Positions 41,162 through 51,361 are shown, counted from the first letter of the whole stretch. The stretch is DNA of 61,612 bases, filler included, from 3 parts of 3 records of this genome joined end to end with filler, not necessarily neighbours in it, one strand, 5' to 3'. Notes: generated from the sequence alone by a model not told the origin. Program-made: numbers and translations.

Positions 41162-42625
41162 TTGAGCTTACATGTTAAAAAAAATAATCAAAAACCCGAC
41201 GAGATACTAGTTAATATCGCAAATTATGTATTTGATTACAAAATTAAAAGTAATGAGGCTTTAGAAACAGCAAAAAACTGTCTTATTGATACCTTAGGTT
41301 GTGGCTTGGAAGCTTTGGACTACCCTGCCTGTGTTAAGCATTTGGGGCCGATTGTACCTGGTTCCATTGTTCCAAATGGAACAAAAATTCCTGGAACTAA
41401 CTTTCAACTTGATCCAATAAATGGGGCATTTAATATTGGGGCAATGATCCGTTGGCTTGATTTTAACGACACTTGGCTGGCAGCCGAATGGGGCCATCCA
41501 TCAGATAATCTGGGTGGGATTCTTGCTGTAGCAGATTGGGTTTCAAGAACAAAAGTTTCAAACAAGGAAAAACCACTTCAAATGAAAGTCGTTCTTGAAG
41601 CGATGATCAAAGCTCATGAAATACAGGGCGTTATTGCATTAGAAAATAGCTTCAATCGTGTTGGGCTTGATCATGTTGTTTTAGTAAAAATTGCAACAAC
41701 CGCCGTTGTATCACAGATGCTTGGTGCATCAAAAGAGCAAATAATAGATGCGCTATCAAATGCATGGGTAGACGGCCAGAGCTTAAGAACTTATCGACAT
41801 GCTCCCAATACGGGATCAAGAAAATCATGGGCTGCAGGTGATGCAACAAGTCGAGGGGTAAGGTTAGCATTAATGACAATGAAGGGTGAGATGGGTTATC
41901 CAACAGCACTTAGCGCAAAAATATGGGGATTTTATGACGTTTTATTTAATGGTAAACCATTTAAATTTAACCAAGAGTTCGGTAGCTATGTAATGGAAAA
42001 TATTTTATTTAAAATTAGTTTTCCCGCTGAATTTCATGCTCAAACAGCTGTCGAGTGTGCATTAAAACTTCATAAAAATGAATTTCATAAAATCGATAAA
42101 GTTGAAAAAATAGATGCAATTGACCATATTAATATTACAACTCATGAGTCTGCGATTAGAATTATAGACAAAACTGGACCTTTAACCAACCCTGCCGATC
42201 GAGATCATTGCATCCAATATATGGTTGCCATTGGCTTACTTAAGGGAAATTTAACAGCGCAAGACTATGAGGACGAAGTCGCAATTGATCCAAGGATTGA
42301 TCTTCTCAGAAAAAAAATGAAATGTATTGAAAAAAAAGAATATACGGCAGATTATCTTGATCCAAATAAAAGGTCCATTGCGAATGCCATTCAAATATTT
42401 TACAAAGACGGTAACAAATCAGAACTGATTGAAGTTGAATACCCAATTGGCCACCAACGAAGACGTGATGAAGGTATTCCTAAGCTGATTGAAAAATTCA
42501 AGGTCAATCTTTCTCGGCAGTTTGATGAACTGCAATCAAAAAAAATACTTGAAAAAAGCCTTAATTATGAAATTCTTGAGCAGATTCCGGTTAATGAGTA
42601 TATGGATCTATACTGGAAAAATTAG
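41162..42625 (+). CDS. prpD: 2-methylcitrate dehydratase
   Basis: [58 protein letters not shown]. Confidence 0.97.
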   Translation: MSLHVKKNNQKPDEILVNIANYVFDYKIKSNEALETAKNCLIDTLGCGLEALDYPACVKHLGPIVPGSIVPNGTKIPGTNFQLDPINGAFNIGAMIRWLDFNDTWLAAEWGHPSDNLGGILAVADWVSRTKVSNKEKPLQMKVVLEAMIKAHEIQGVIALENSFNRVGLDHVVLVKIATTAVVSQMLGASKEQIIDALSNAWVDGQSLRTYRHAPNTGSRKSWAAGDATSRGVRLALMTMKGEMGYPTALSAKIWGFYDVLFNGKPFKFNQEFGSYVMENILFKISFPAEFHAQTAVECALKLHKNEFHKIDKVEKIDAIDHINITTHESAIRIIDKTGPLTNPADRDHCIQYMVAIGLLKGNLTAQDYEDEVAIDPRIDLLRKKMKCIEKKEYTADYLDPNKRSIANAIQIFYKDGNKSELIEVEYPIGHQRRRDEGIPKLIEKFKVNLSRQFDELQSKKILEKSLNYEILEQIPVNEYMDLYWKN

Positions 42626-42876
42626 TCTATTATTAATTCCGCTTTGATTGCTGATAGTTCTTGATCGGAATCAATATAATCCTCAAATGTTTTTAAGCCT
42701 GAGCGACTGTACCAATACCGACTATTATGAACATCCCCTTCAATTTTATGCAAAACCGCGTGAATCCATTGAGCAAATTCTGTATTTATTTCCTGAACAA
42801 TTAAATGTGCCTCATCCCATTTTCCTGAAAGCGCCAAATCAACAGCATTAATACATTCTTGTTTGAATTCAGTCAA
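42622..42876 (-). CDS. Conserved small hypothetical protein
   Basis: WDEAH..VQ...[18 protein letters not shown] resembles a widespread uncharacterised bacterial family. Confidence 0.75.
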   Translation of the reverse strand: MTEFKQECINAVDLALSGKWDEAHLIVQEINTEFAQWIHAVLHKIEGDVHNSRYWYSRSGLKTFEDYIDSDQELSAIKAELIID

Positions 42877-43055
42877 TTATTTGCTTTTCCTGTTCAATTC
42901 TATATTTACAATCTACATTATGTTTATTTAATAAACCATTGATATATAATGATTTATTTTTACAATAAATACATCTATATACATTAAGTCCAGGTTCAAT
43001 TTTCTCTTGTGGATAATCAATATAGTATTTTTTTTTCATACCTTTATCTTTCTTT

Positions 43056-43490
43056 TTATATGTCTATGAACGTCACGGTTCCTGCTTTCATGTCAGGCAC
43101 AACTAACACTTTTTTGTCATGGACTAGCGCGATATCTGCAGCCGCTTCAAAACCTTCAGCGATCAGTTTTGTTTTTCCATTTTTAAAGGAATAGATAGTT
43201 CCTTTTGTCCAACTGCTTATATAGATCGTATCATTCTTAATTGCTAGGCCATCCCCACCTTCAAAACCTTCACCTAATTTTATAACATCTTGGCTTTTTA
43301 AATCTCCTTCAAGTAAATCACCTGCCCAATCAACTATTAGTAACTTTGAATCATCTAGGACTAAAACACCATTAGGCGCTTTAATAAAATCATTACCTTC
43401 AAATAAAAGACCAATCTCACCAGATGGTTTTACTGCAAAAATAAATCCGCTCTCTTTGAAGTCCCCAGTGTCACTGACATATAAAGTTCC
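43056..43490 (-). CDS. SMP-30/gluconolactonase-like beta-propeller, C-terminal part (5'-truncated; not in ORF track)
   Basis: My translation: GTLYVSDTG...APNGV...GGDGLA..DTIYISSW...AAADIA..LVVPDMKAGTVTFIDI*, open to the contig end. Confidence 0.8.
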   Translation of the reverse strand, partial: GTLYVSDTGDFKESGFIFAVKPSGEIGLLFEGNDFIKAPNGVLVLDDSKLLIVDWAGDLLEGDLKSQDVIKLGEGFEGGDGLAIKNDTIYISSWTKGTIYSFKNGKTKLIAEGFEAAADIALVHDKKVLVVPDMKAGTVTFIDI

Positions 43491-43491
43491 A

Positions 43492-43591
43492 NNNNNNNNN
43501 NNNNNNNNNNNNNNNNNNNNNNNNNNNNNNNNNNNTTAATTAATTAANNNNNNNNNNNNNNNNNNNNNNNNNNNNNNNNNNNNNNNNNNNN
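43492..43591. other. Artificial contig-joining spacer
   Basis: Identical 44 N + TTAATTAATTAA + 44 N. Confidence 0.97.
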
Positions 43592-44896
43592 CAGATAAAG
43601 GAAGAATTGGCAAATTTGAATGAAGAAAAAAAGAGTTTAAGCGCCAAATGGCAAGCTGAAAAAAATGTTGTGGAAGGCATTCAGAAGGCAAAAGAGGATA
43701 TTGAACATCTAAAATATGAAGCCGAACAAGCCGAGCGTGCAGGAGATTTTGGAAAGGTTGCTGAAATCCGTTATGGAAAAAACAAAGAAGCCGAAGAGCT
43801 ATTAGAAAGGTATAAAGCCGATTTAGTAGAAATTCAAGCGACATCGAAAATGATTAAGGAAGAGGTAACTGTTGAAGAAATTGCCGAAGTCGTTTCTAAA
43901 TGGACAGGAATTCCGGTAACAAAAATGATTGAAAGCGAAAGGGAAAAATTACTTCGTTTAGAGGATGAATTGCGCAAAAGAGTTATTGGTCAGGAAGAAG
44001 CAATAACAGCTGTTTCTGATGCAGTAAGACGAAGCAGAGCTGGATTGCAAGATGAAAAACGACCAATTGGTTCCTTCATTTTCTTAGGAACTACAGGCGT
44101 GGGTAAAACAGAACTCGCCAAAACATTGAGTGAATTCCTCTTTAGTGACGAAAATGCCATGACTAGAATTGACATGAGTGAATATCAAGAGAAGCATTCC
44201 GTTTCAAGACTTCTTGGTGCGCCTCCAGGATATGTAGGGTATGATGAAGGCGGACAATTAACCGAAGCCGTTAGAAGAAAACCCTACTCTGTTATTTTAT
44301 TGGACGAAATTGAAAAAGCACATCCAGATGTATTCAATATTCTACTTCAAGTTCTTGATGATGGCCGATTAACCGACAATAAAGGAAGAATGGTAAATTT
44401 TAAAAATACCATCATCATTATGACCTCCAATATTGGATCGCACCTGATTCAAGAAAATTTTGAAGATTTAGGAGAGATTGATAGGGATAACATTATTGAA
44501 CGTACAAAAGTAGAGGTCTTTGGTTTATTGAAAAAAACCATGCGTCCAGAATTACTCAATCGAATTGATGAAAAGATTATGTTTACGCCATTAACTCGGG
44601 AAGATATTCATCAAATTGTTGAAGTTCAATTGAAATCATTGGCCAAAATACTCGCCAAAAATGATATAGTCTTAAAATTCACCAAAGAAGCCCTGAATAA
44701 AATTGCTGAACTAGGATACGACCCTCAATTTGGCGCAAGACCGGTGAAGAGAGTCCTTCAAAAAAATGTACTGAATGCACTTTCTAAAGAGATATTGGCT
44801 GGCACAGTAAAAGCAGCATCCACTATCTTATTGGATGAATTTGATGGGAAATTTGTTTTTAGGAATAGTAAAGAAACCCCAGAAATGGTCTCATAA
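43592..44896 (+). CDS. clpB: ClpB chaperone, C-terminal part (5'-truncated)
   Basis: M-domain end KVAEIRYG, VSKWTGIPV, GTTGVGKTELAK, RIDMSEYQE, LLDEIEKAHPDVFN; frame open from the contig start. Confidence 0.96.
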   Translation, partial: QIKEELANLNEEKKSLSAKWQAEKNVVEGIQKAKEDIEHLKYEAEQAERAGDFGKVAEIRYGKNKEAEELLERYKADLVEIQATSKMIKEEVTVEEIAEVVSKWTGIPVTKMIESEREKLLRLEDELRKRVIGQEEAITAVSDAVRRSRAGLQDEKRPIGSFIFLGTTGVGKTELAKTLSEFLFSDENAMTRIDMSEYQEKHSVSRLLGAPPGYVGYDEGGQLTEAVRRKPYSVILLDEIEKAHPDVFNILLQVLDDGRLTDNKGRMVNFKNTIIIMTSNIGSHLIQENFEDLGEIDRDNIIERTKVEVFGLLKKTMRPELLNRIDEKIMFTPLTREDIHQIVEVQLKSLAKILAKNDIVLKFTKEALNKIAELGYDPQFGARPVKRVLQKNVLNALSKEILAGTVKAASTILLDEFDGKFVFRNSKETPEMVS

Positions 44897-45652
44897 ATTC
44901 AATACTAAACCATCATGAGCTATCTGAATATAATCAGGTAGCTCTTTTTGTACTTCCTCATGCAAACCTAAATAATGGCTGATATGGGTTAAATAAGCTT
45001 TTTTAGGTTTTATTTTTTCTATTAGTGCTATAGCCTCATCGAGATTAAAATGCGAAATATGCTCCGTTTTTCTTAAAGCATTTACAACAATCACCTCTGA
45101 CCCCATTACCTTATCTAACTCTTTTTCTTCTATTCTATTGGCATCGGTTATATAAGTGAATTTTCCAATACGAAAAGCCTTAACAGGCATTTTATGGTGC
45201 CAAACATTAATTGGGAGCAACTCCACATCTCCAATATTAAATGGTACATCGGCAATGGTGTTTAAGTTAATTTTTGGAACTCCAGGGTAAGGGTTTTCTG
45301 CAAAAGCGTAATAAAATTCTCTTTTTAAAGCGACTTGAGTTGCGGAGCTTGCGTAAACCTCCATATCCTTTTTTTGCTTAAAATTAAAAGCCCTAACATC
45401 ATCCAAGCCTGCAATATGATCTTTGTGCTCATGGGTAAATACAGCAGCATCTAGTTGCTGTACGTTTTCTAGTAACATTTGTTGCCTAAAATCCGGACCA
45501 GTATCAATTACAATAACTTTTCCTTTGTCTTCAACCATAATTGAGCAACGCAAACGCTTGTCTTTAATGTTTTCAGATAAACAAACTGGACAATTACATG
45601 CAATAACTGGTATTCCCTGTGATGTTCCCGTTCCCAAAAAAGTTATCTTCAT
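44891..45652 (-). CDS. MBL-fold metallo-hydrolase, PhnP-like
   Basis: LGTGTSQGIPVIACNCPVC, IDTGPDFR, THEHKDH.AGLDD and THISH motifs. Confidence 0.9.
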   Translation of the reverse strand: MKITFLGTGTSQGIPVIACNCPVCLSENIKDKRLRCSIMVEDKGKVIVIDTGPDFRQQMLLENVQQLDAAVFTHEHKDHIAGLDDVRAFNFKQKKDMEVYASSATQVALKREFYYAFAENPYPGVPKINLNTIADVPFNIGDVELLPINVWHHKMPVKAFRIGKFTYITDANRIEEKELDKVMGSEVIVVNALRKTEHISHFNLDEAIALIEKIKPKKAYLTHISHYLGLHEEVQKELPDYIQIAHDGLVLNL

Positions 45653-46077
45653 GCTGCTAATTTAAGTTGTTTTAAGTTAGATTTAAATGTAAATCCCACA
45701 AAAATTAAAAATATAATTTGCCCCAAAATCATCCAGTACTTTTCAATCCAACTTATCAAATCAGGCGCATTTACATAAAGTTCTTGAGCATAAAATAAGT
45801 TATTATGAATAACATCAACGCTTATGATTAAAAGCGTTAATCGTAGGCCTAATTTAGGTTTAAAAATCAATAATAGCGCAGCCAAGGGATCCAAAAATGT
45901 AAGGCTATCCCAAAATAAAGTTGAAAACAAGGAAGCATGGTATTTTTCTGACAAGAAACCGTGTTGAATTGTCCAAGAAACATGGGTTGATGTCCCCATC
46001 AACATGCACATCGCTTGAATGCTTAAAACAATCTTCGTTCTTAAATCAACCTTGGCAAATAACAAAAATACCCCCAA
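45649..46077 (-). CDS. Hypothetical membrane protein (about 4 TM); start uncertain
   Basis: Hydrophobic segments, GTSTH...FWDSLTFLDPLAALLL; fills the gap between iscS and the MBL gene with an ATGA overlap. Confidence 0.65.
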   Translation of the reverse strand: MGVFLLFAKVDLRTKIVLSIQAMCMLMGTSTHVSWTIQHGFLSEKYHASLFSTLFWDSLTFLDPLAALLLIFKPKLGLRLTLLIISVDVIHNNLFYAQELYVNAPDLISWIEKYWMILGQIIFLIFVGFTFKSNLKQLKLAA

Positions 46078-46085
46078 TGATACAA

Positions 46086-47231
46086 CTATACTGTTTTGGC
46101 AACAAAAAGTGCTTCAATAACTGATAAGGTATAGTCAATTTCTTCTTTTGTTGTGTATTTGCTGAATGAAAACCGAATAGACGGTTTAGTCATGTCTGAT
46201 CCGATGTTTCTCAAAACGTGCGATCCGGTATTACTTCCCGATGAACATGCACTACCTCCAGAAACTGCTATCCCTTCAATATCAAAGTTGTAAAGCAACA
46301 TTTCATCCATATCACTATTGGGAAATTGAGCATTTAAGACCGTGTAAAGGCTGTCTCCTTTGGGATCTCCATTAAAAGTAATTGAAGGAATTAAAGCTTC
46401 CAACTTTTCTATCATATAAGTTTTAATTCCTTGGATATGATTTTGGTGCTCTTCGATGTCTCGATAAGCAACTTCCATTGCTTTGGTCAAGCCAACAATA
46501 CCGATAATATTTTCTGTTCCAGCCCTTACATTTCTTTCCTGAGCTCCCCCCGTAATAATAGGCTTTATTTGAATATTTTGATTAACATACAGGAAACCAA
46601 CACCTTTGGGGCCATGAAATTTATGCGCTGAACAGGTCAAGAAATCAATATCCAAGTCCCTTACATCAAAGGTATAATGACACATGGTTTGTACTGTGTC
46701 AGAATGAAAAATGGCACCATAAGATCTACAAAGTACAGAAACTTGTTTTAAGGGCAACCGGTTTCCAATTTCATTATTTGCATGCATTAGCGAAACCAAG
46801 GTTTTTCTATCTTTCTGGGCTTCTAAAAGCTCTTTTAAATGATTTAAGTCAACATAACCTTTGTCATCATGCTTTACCAAACTCAACTTTAAACCCTGTG
46901 TATTTTTAGACAATATTTCAGCAGTATCAATAACAGCATGATGCTCTGTTGCTGAAGTAATAATATGCGTTACTCCAGCATCTTGCACAGCGCAACGCAA
47001 AACCATATTGTCTGCTTCTGTACCCCCTCCAGTAAAAACAATCTCTCCAGGTGCAGCATTAATAAATCCTGCTACCTTCTTTCTTGATTTTTCTATAATC
47101 GCTCTACTATTTCTTCCAAAAGAATGGATAGAAGAAGGATTACCAAAACCATTTTCCATTACTGGAATAATTGCAGCTATTACTTCTTTATCCATTGGCG
47201 TTGTAGCCGCATTATCTAAATATACTTTCAT
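46086..47231 (-). CDS. iscS: Cysteine desulfurase, IscS/NifS type
   Basis: YLDNAATT, GNPSS.H, ANNEIG, SAHKFHGPKG and SGGSACSSG motifs. Confidence 0.93.
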   Translation of the reverse strand: MKVYLDNAATTPMDKEVIAAIIPVMENGFGNPSSIHSFGRNSRAIIEKSRKKVAGFINAAPGEIVFTGGGTEADNMVLRCAVQDAGVTHIITSATEHHAVIDTAEILSKNTQGLKLSLVKHDDKGYVDLNHLKELLEAQKDRKTLVSLMHANNEIGNRLPLKQVSVLCRSYGAIFHSDTVQTMCHYTFDVRDLDIDFLTCSAHKFHGPKGVGFLYVNQNIQIKPIITGGAQERNVRAGTENIIGIVGLTKAMEVAYRDIEEHQNHIQGIKTYMIEKLEALIPSITFNGDPKGDSLYTVLNAQFPNSDMDEMLLYNFDIEGIAVSGGSACSSGSNTGSHVLRNIGSDMTKPSIRFSFSKYTTKEEIDYTLSVIEALFVAKTV

Positions 47232-47256
47232 CTCTAAAAAATTGTAAGTTTAGCAA

Positions 47257-48663
47257 TTAGTTCACCACTTGCTCTTGATTACTAATTTGTTTAATCTCTC
47301 CTATTATTTTGTTTGCCAAAGCATCAGCATCCCCCATTGATTTGCTTTCAGAATAAATTCTAATGATTGGCTCTGTATTGGATTTTCTTAAATGCACCCA
47401 CTCTTCGGCAAAGTTTATTTTTACCCCATCAATAGTATTTACATCTTCATTGCTATATTTTTCAGCCATCTTCACTAAAATATCATCAACATCAATTTCT
47501 GGTGTTAATTGTATCTTATTTTTAGAAATATAATAATCTGGATAACTCGCTCTTAATGCTGAGCAAGTATCAAATTCTGACTTTGCAAAATGTGTTAGAA
47601 ACAAAGCAATTCCTACTAAAGCATCTCTTCCATAATGTGAGGCAGGATATATGATTCCACCATTTCCTTCTCCGCCAATTACCGCACTATTCGCTTTCAT
47701 CATATTTACAACATTTACTTCCCCTACTGCTGAAGCAAAATATTTTCCGCCATTTTTTTCCGTAACATCACGCAAAGCACGTGTAGATGATAAATTAGAA
47801 ACGGTGTTGCCTTTGGTATGTTTTAAAATATAGTCTGCCACTGCAACCAATGTATATTCTTCACCAAACATTTCTCCATTTTCGCACACCATACACAACC
47901 TGTCAACATCAGGATCAACGACAAAACCAACATCAGCTCCTTGCGCTTTAATTTGATTAGATATTTCTGTTAAATTTTCAGGCAAAGGTTCAGGGTTATG
48001 CGGAAACTGCCCATTGGGCTCACAATACAATTCTATAATATTGGTAACTCCCAAAGCTTTTAATAAAGCTGGTAAAAATATACCTCCAGTAGAATTAACA
48101 CAGTCAATGGCTACTTTATAATTTTTACGCTTTATGGCTTCAACATCAACCAAATCCATAGCTAAAATAGATTGGATGTGCTTTTCTAAATAGGAGTCAT
48201 CTTTTGTATACCCCCCTAAATCATCCACATCAGCATAATTGAAAGCATTCGCCTCAGCAATTTCTAATAATTCACTTCCATCTTCTCCAGAGATAAACTC
48301 ACCTTTATTATTTAAAAGCTTTAATGCGTTCCATTGTTTAGGATTATGGCTTGCAGTCAAAATAATACCTCCATCAGCATTTTCCATTGGCACAGCAACT
48401 TCTACTGTTGGCGTGGTACTAAAACCTAAATCAATCACATCTATTCCCAACCCTTGTAGTGTTCCAACAACAATATTCGACACCATTTCTCCTGAGATTC
48501 TTGCATCCCTACCGATGACCACTTTTAGCTTATCTGTCTTATTCTTTTGCAACCATGTTCCATAAGCAGATGTAAACCGAACGATATCAACAGGTGATAA
48601 TCCTTCATCTGGTTTACCACCAATTGTACCTCTAATTCCTGAAATTGATTTTATTAATGTCAT
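47257..48663 (-). CDS. glmM: Phosphoglucosamine mutase / phosphohexomutase
   Basis: TASHNP, DPDVDR, GEGNGG, RKSNTEP; the MTLIKSISGIRGTIGG N-terminus is typical of Bacteroidetes. Confidence 0.9.
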   Translation of the reverse strand: MTLIKSISGIRGTIGGKPDEGLSPVDIVRFTSAYGTWLQKNKTDKLKVVIGRDARISGEMVSNIVVGTLQGLGIDVIDLGFSTTPTVEVAVPMENADGGIILTASHNPKQWNALKLLNNKGEFISGEDGSELLEIAEANAFNYADVDDLGGYTKDDSYLEKHIQSILAMDLVDVEAIKRKNYKVAIDCVNSTGGIFLPALLKALGVTNIIELYCEPNGQFPHNPEPLPENLTEISNQIKAQGADVGFVVDPDVDRLCMVCENGEMFGEEYTLVAVADYILKHTKGNTVSNLSSTRALRDVTEKNGGKYFASAVGEVNVVNMMKANSAVIGGEGNGGIIYPASHYGRDALVGIALFLTHFAKSEFDTCSALRASYPDYYISKNKIQLTPEIDVDDILVKMAEKYSNEDVNTIDGVKINFAEEWVHLRKSNTEPIIRIYSESKSMGDADALANKIIGEIKQISNQEQVVN

Positions 48664-48684
48664 ATGCTCTTTTTTTTAGGTCAA

Positions 48685-48692
48685 CAAATTTA
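48685..48692 (-). promoter_or_regulatory. Bacteroidetes -7 promoter element for glmM-iscS
   Basis: Minus strand TAAATTTG matches TAnnTTTG, about 21 nt upstream of the ATG; no SD. Confidence 0.65.
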
Positions 48693-48839
48693 ATGAATGA
48701 ATATTAATTTTTTTGGATTGCTATCTCATTATTTACACTTTATTATTAGCCAAAAATTCAACAACAATTGGATTCATAAAATGTTAACTCTTTTGTTAAT
48801 AATAAACCAGCAAAAACCTTTTATGAATAGATATTCACG

Positions 48840-48847
48840 TATCTTTA
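48840..48847 (+). promoter_or_regulatory. Variant Bacteroidetes -7 element for the TPR-comA operon
   Basis: TATCTTTA (one mismatch to TAnnTTTG), 8 nt before ATG 48856. Confidence 0.4.
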
Positions 48848-48855
48848 CCTAAGGG

Positions 48856-50274
48856 ATGGAAGAAAGATATGACTCATACGATGACAATGCAGATTACACT
48901 GCTTCGTTAGATAAATTTGAAAAAATGCTCTCAAAAAATGAGCATTACTTTTTTGATGTGGAAGAGTTTGAAATATTGGTTGATCATTACTTAGATAAAA
49001 CGGATACCATTAAAGCAAAAAAAGCCATTGACATTTCTTTATTGCAGCACCCTAGCTCATCCAACCTAAAATTAAAAAAAGCACATTTTTTGGCTGCTAT
49101 TCACAAGCCGAATAAAGCCCTACAGGTTTTAAACAATTTAGAAGCATTAGAACCCTTTAATGCAGAAATATTTACCACAAAAGCGACTATCAACAGTCAA
49201 TTAAGACAGCACAACAAAGCGATAGAAAACTTTTACAAAGCCTTAAAATTGATGAGTGATAGCGCTGAGAAAGCGAACGTCAAAATTAATATTGCCTTTG
49301 AATACGAAAACTTAAACGAGTTTGATAAAGCCATTGATATTCTAAAAAAATTACTCAAAGAAAATCCAGAAAATGAGACTGTGCTTTATGAATTGGCCTT
49401 TTGTTACAATCTAAAAAACGATACGGACAATAGTATTGAATTCTTTAAAGAATTTATTGATGAATATCCTTACAGCTATGCAGCTTGGTATAATTTAGGA
49501 GTTGCTTTCAGCAGAGCTGGTTTGTTTGAAAAAGCCATTGAGGCTTACGACTTCACCTTAGCAATAAAAGAAGATTTTGCTTCAGCTTATTTTAACAAAG
49601 CCAATGCTTTAGCACTATTAGAACAGTATGAAAATGCAATAATTACTTATCGTGAAACTTTTGATTACGAAGAGCCAGACGCAACAACCTATTATTATAT
49701 TGGAGAGTGTTATGAGAAATTAGGAGACCCCAAATCTGCCATTTCTAATTATTACAAATCAACAAAATTAGATCCTTTCCATGCCGATGCTTGGGCGGGA
49801 ATGGCCGTTATCAATGAGGAAGAGAACAAAAGCCAATCGGCTGTTTTTTATATCAAAAAAGCATTAGAACTAGAAAATAACAACTCTGAATATTGGTATA
49901 TTTATGGCGATATTTTGGCAAAAACAGGATTATTTGATGAAGCCATAATTGCTTACAACAAGGTAGTTGAGTATGATGAGGAAAATGAAGATATTTGGTT
50001 AGACAAAGCTGAAGTGATGAAGGATTATGAAAATCTTGACAATGGGATTAACACACTTTATGAAGGATTAGAAAAACAACCAAAAAATAACTTGATTTAT
50101 GCAAGATTAGTCGCATATTTGCTGATGAATGGAAAAGAGGATGAAGCCTTGCTAAATTTGACCATTCTTTTAACGAATGATAAGGAGCTGGTTGCCGAGA
50201 TAATAGAATTTTATCCAGGAACACTAAGCCACCAAAAAGTGATTGATTTAATAGAGAATTTTAAGAACGAATAA
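48856..50274 (+). CDS. Tetratricopeptide repeat protein
   Basis: Multiple TPRs (AWYNLGVAF, AYFNKANAL, TYYYIGECY); N-terminal FEKML...YFFDVEEFE. Confidence 0.9.
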   Translation: MEERYDSYDDNADYTASLDKFEKMLSKNEHYFFDVEEFEILVDHYLDKTDTIKAKKAIDISLLQHPSSSNLKLKKAHFLAAIHKPNKALQVLNNLEALEPFNAEIFTTKATINSQLRQHNKAIENFYKALKLMSDSAEKANVKINIAFEYENLNEFDKAIDILKKLLKENPENETVLYELAFCYNLKNDTDNSIEFFKEFIDEYPYSYAAWYNLGVAFSRAGLFEKAIEAYDFTLAIKEDFASAYFNKANALALLEQYENAIITYRETFDYEEPDATTYYYIGECYEKLGDPKSAISNYYKSTKLDPFHADAWAGMAVINEEENKSQSAVFYIKKALELENNNSEYWYIYGDILAKTGLFDEAIIAYNKVVEYDEENEDIWLDKAEVMKDYENLDNGINTLYEGLEKQPKNNLIYARLVAYLLMNGKEDEALLNLTILLTNDKELVAEIIEFYPGTLSHQKVIDLIENFKNE

Positions 50275-51056
50275 TGAATTTTGATTTACCGCACATCCCT
50301 AATAGGGAAAGTTCTCCACGTGAGATAGGATTGACAATGATGATGGATAAAGGCTTAAGCTGGAGAGAAACAGAAAACTTTATTGATGCATCGGCCCACT
50401 TAACAGATTTAGTAAAATTTGGATTTGGCACCTCATATGTAACCAATGATTTACAAAAAAAATTAGATCTGTATAAAGAAGCAGGCATTAAGACCTACTT
50501 TGGAGGAACTCTTTTTGAAGCCTTTATTGCTCGAGGAATGTTTGATGATTTTCGCAGATTAATGGATAAATACCAATTGGAGACCTGTGAAGTTTCTGAT
50601 GGTTCTATTGAATTGCCTCAAGAAAAAAAATGTGAATACATTTCTAGGTTGGCTCAAGATTTTACCGTTTTATCGGAAGTTGGTTCTAAAGAAGAAGGAA
50701 TTTTTATTAGCCCTACCAAATGGATTTCGATGATGCAAACAGAATTGGAAGCTGGATCGTGGAAAGTTATTGCCGAAGCAAGAGAAAGTGGAAATGTTGG
50801 TATTTATCGACCTAATGGAACAGCACATGTTGCTTTAGTCAATAAAATTATTTCTAACGTTAAGGTAGAAAACATCCTATGGGAGGCTCCCAAAAAAGCA
50901 CAACAAGTATGGTTTATTAAACAATTTGGTGCCAATGTAAATTTAGGGAACATTGCTTTTAATGAGGTTATCCCTTTAGAATGTCTAAGGTTAGGTTTAA
51001 GAGGAGATACCTTTTTTGATAACCTTCCTAAAGAAGCCCTTGTCGAATTCAAATAA
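50274..51056 (+). CDS. comA: Phosphosulfolactate synthase (ComA family)
   Basis: GLTMMMDKG, VKFGFGTS, GGTLFE, EVSDG, SEVGSK, EARESG, WEAP, NVNLGN, LECLRLGLRGDT. Confidence 0.93.
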   Translation: MNFDLPHIPNRESSPREIGLTMMMDKGLSWRETENFIDASAHLTDLVKFGFGTSYVTNDLQKKLDLYKEAGIKTYFGGTLFEAFIARGMFDDFRRLMDKYQLETCEVSDGSIELPQEKKCEYISRLAQDFTVLSEVGSKEEGIFISPTKWISMMQTELEAGSWKVIAEARESGNVGIYRPNGTAHVALVNKIISNVKVENILWEAPKKAQQVWFIKQFGANVNLGNIAFNEVIPLECLRLGLRGDTFFDNLPKEALVEFK

Positions 51057-51061
51057 AAAAA

Positions 51062-51361
51062 ATGAATACTATTACCGCAGAAGAGTTGAAAGCGAAACTC
51101 AACAATAATGACAATTTACAAATTATTGATATTAGAGAAGATTATGAGTTTGAAGACAACAATATTGGAGGGACAAACATTCCTATGGAAAGTGTTTTAA
51201 ACTCTTTGGACAAAATCGATACAAGCAAACAAGTTATTATCTGTTGCAGAACTGGAAAAAGGTCTGCAGCAATGACACATACTATTGAAAGAAAATTGAA
51301 CCTCAAAAATATTTACTCCCTTGAAGGAGGCGTTTTTGGTTACCTAGGAATTAAAGCTTAA
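51062..51361 (+). CDS. Single-domain rhodanese (sulfurtransferase)
   Basis: IDIRE..EF, NIP, active-site loop CRTGKRS, SLEGG. Confidence 0.9.
   Translation: MNTITAEELKAKLNNNDNLQIIDIREDYEFEDNNIGGTNIPMESVLNSLDKIDTSKQVIICCRTGKRSAAMTHTIERKLNLKNIYSLEGGVFGYLGIKA

Noticed and set aside
42901-42928. dif-like site TATATTTACAA-TCTACA-TTATGTTTATT
   Set aside because: The XerD arm matches only 9/11, the XerC arm lacks the ATAA core, and the context is very AT-rich.
43009-43194. 61-aa plus-strand ORF
   Set aside because: Antisense shadow of the truncated beta-propeller gene at 43056-43490.
43536-43844. ORFs running into N gaps (43536-43844, 21462-21779)
   Set aside because: They end at linker-derived stops and are antisense to real genes.
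50274-51056. comA as evidence of coenzyme M biosynthesis or methanogen origin
   Set aside because: No other com genes are in the window, and ComA homologues are common in Bacteroidetes.
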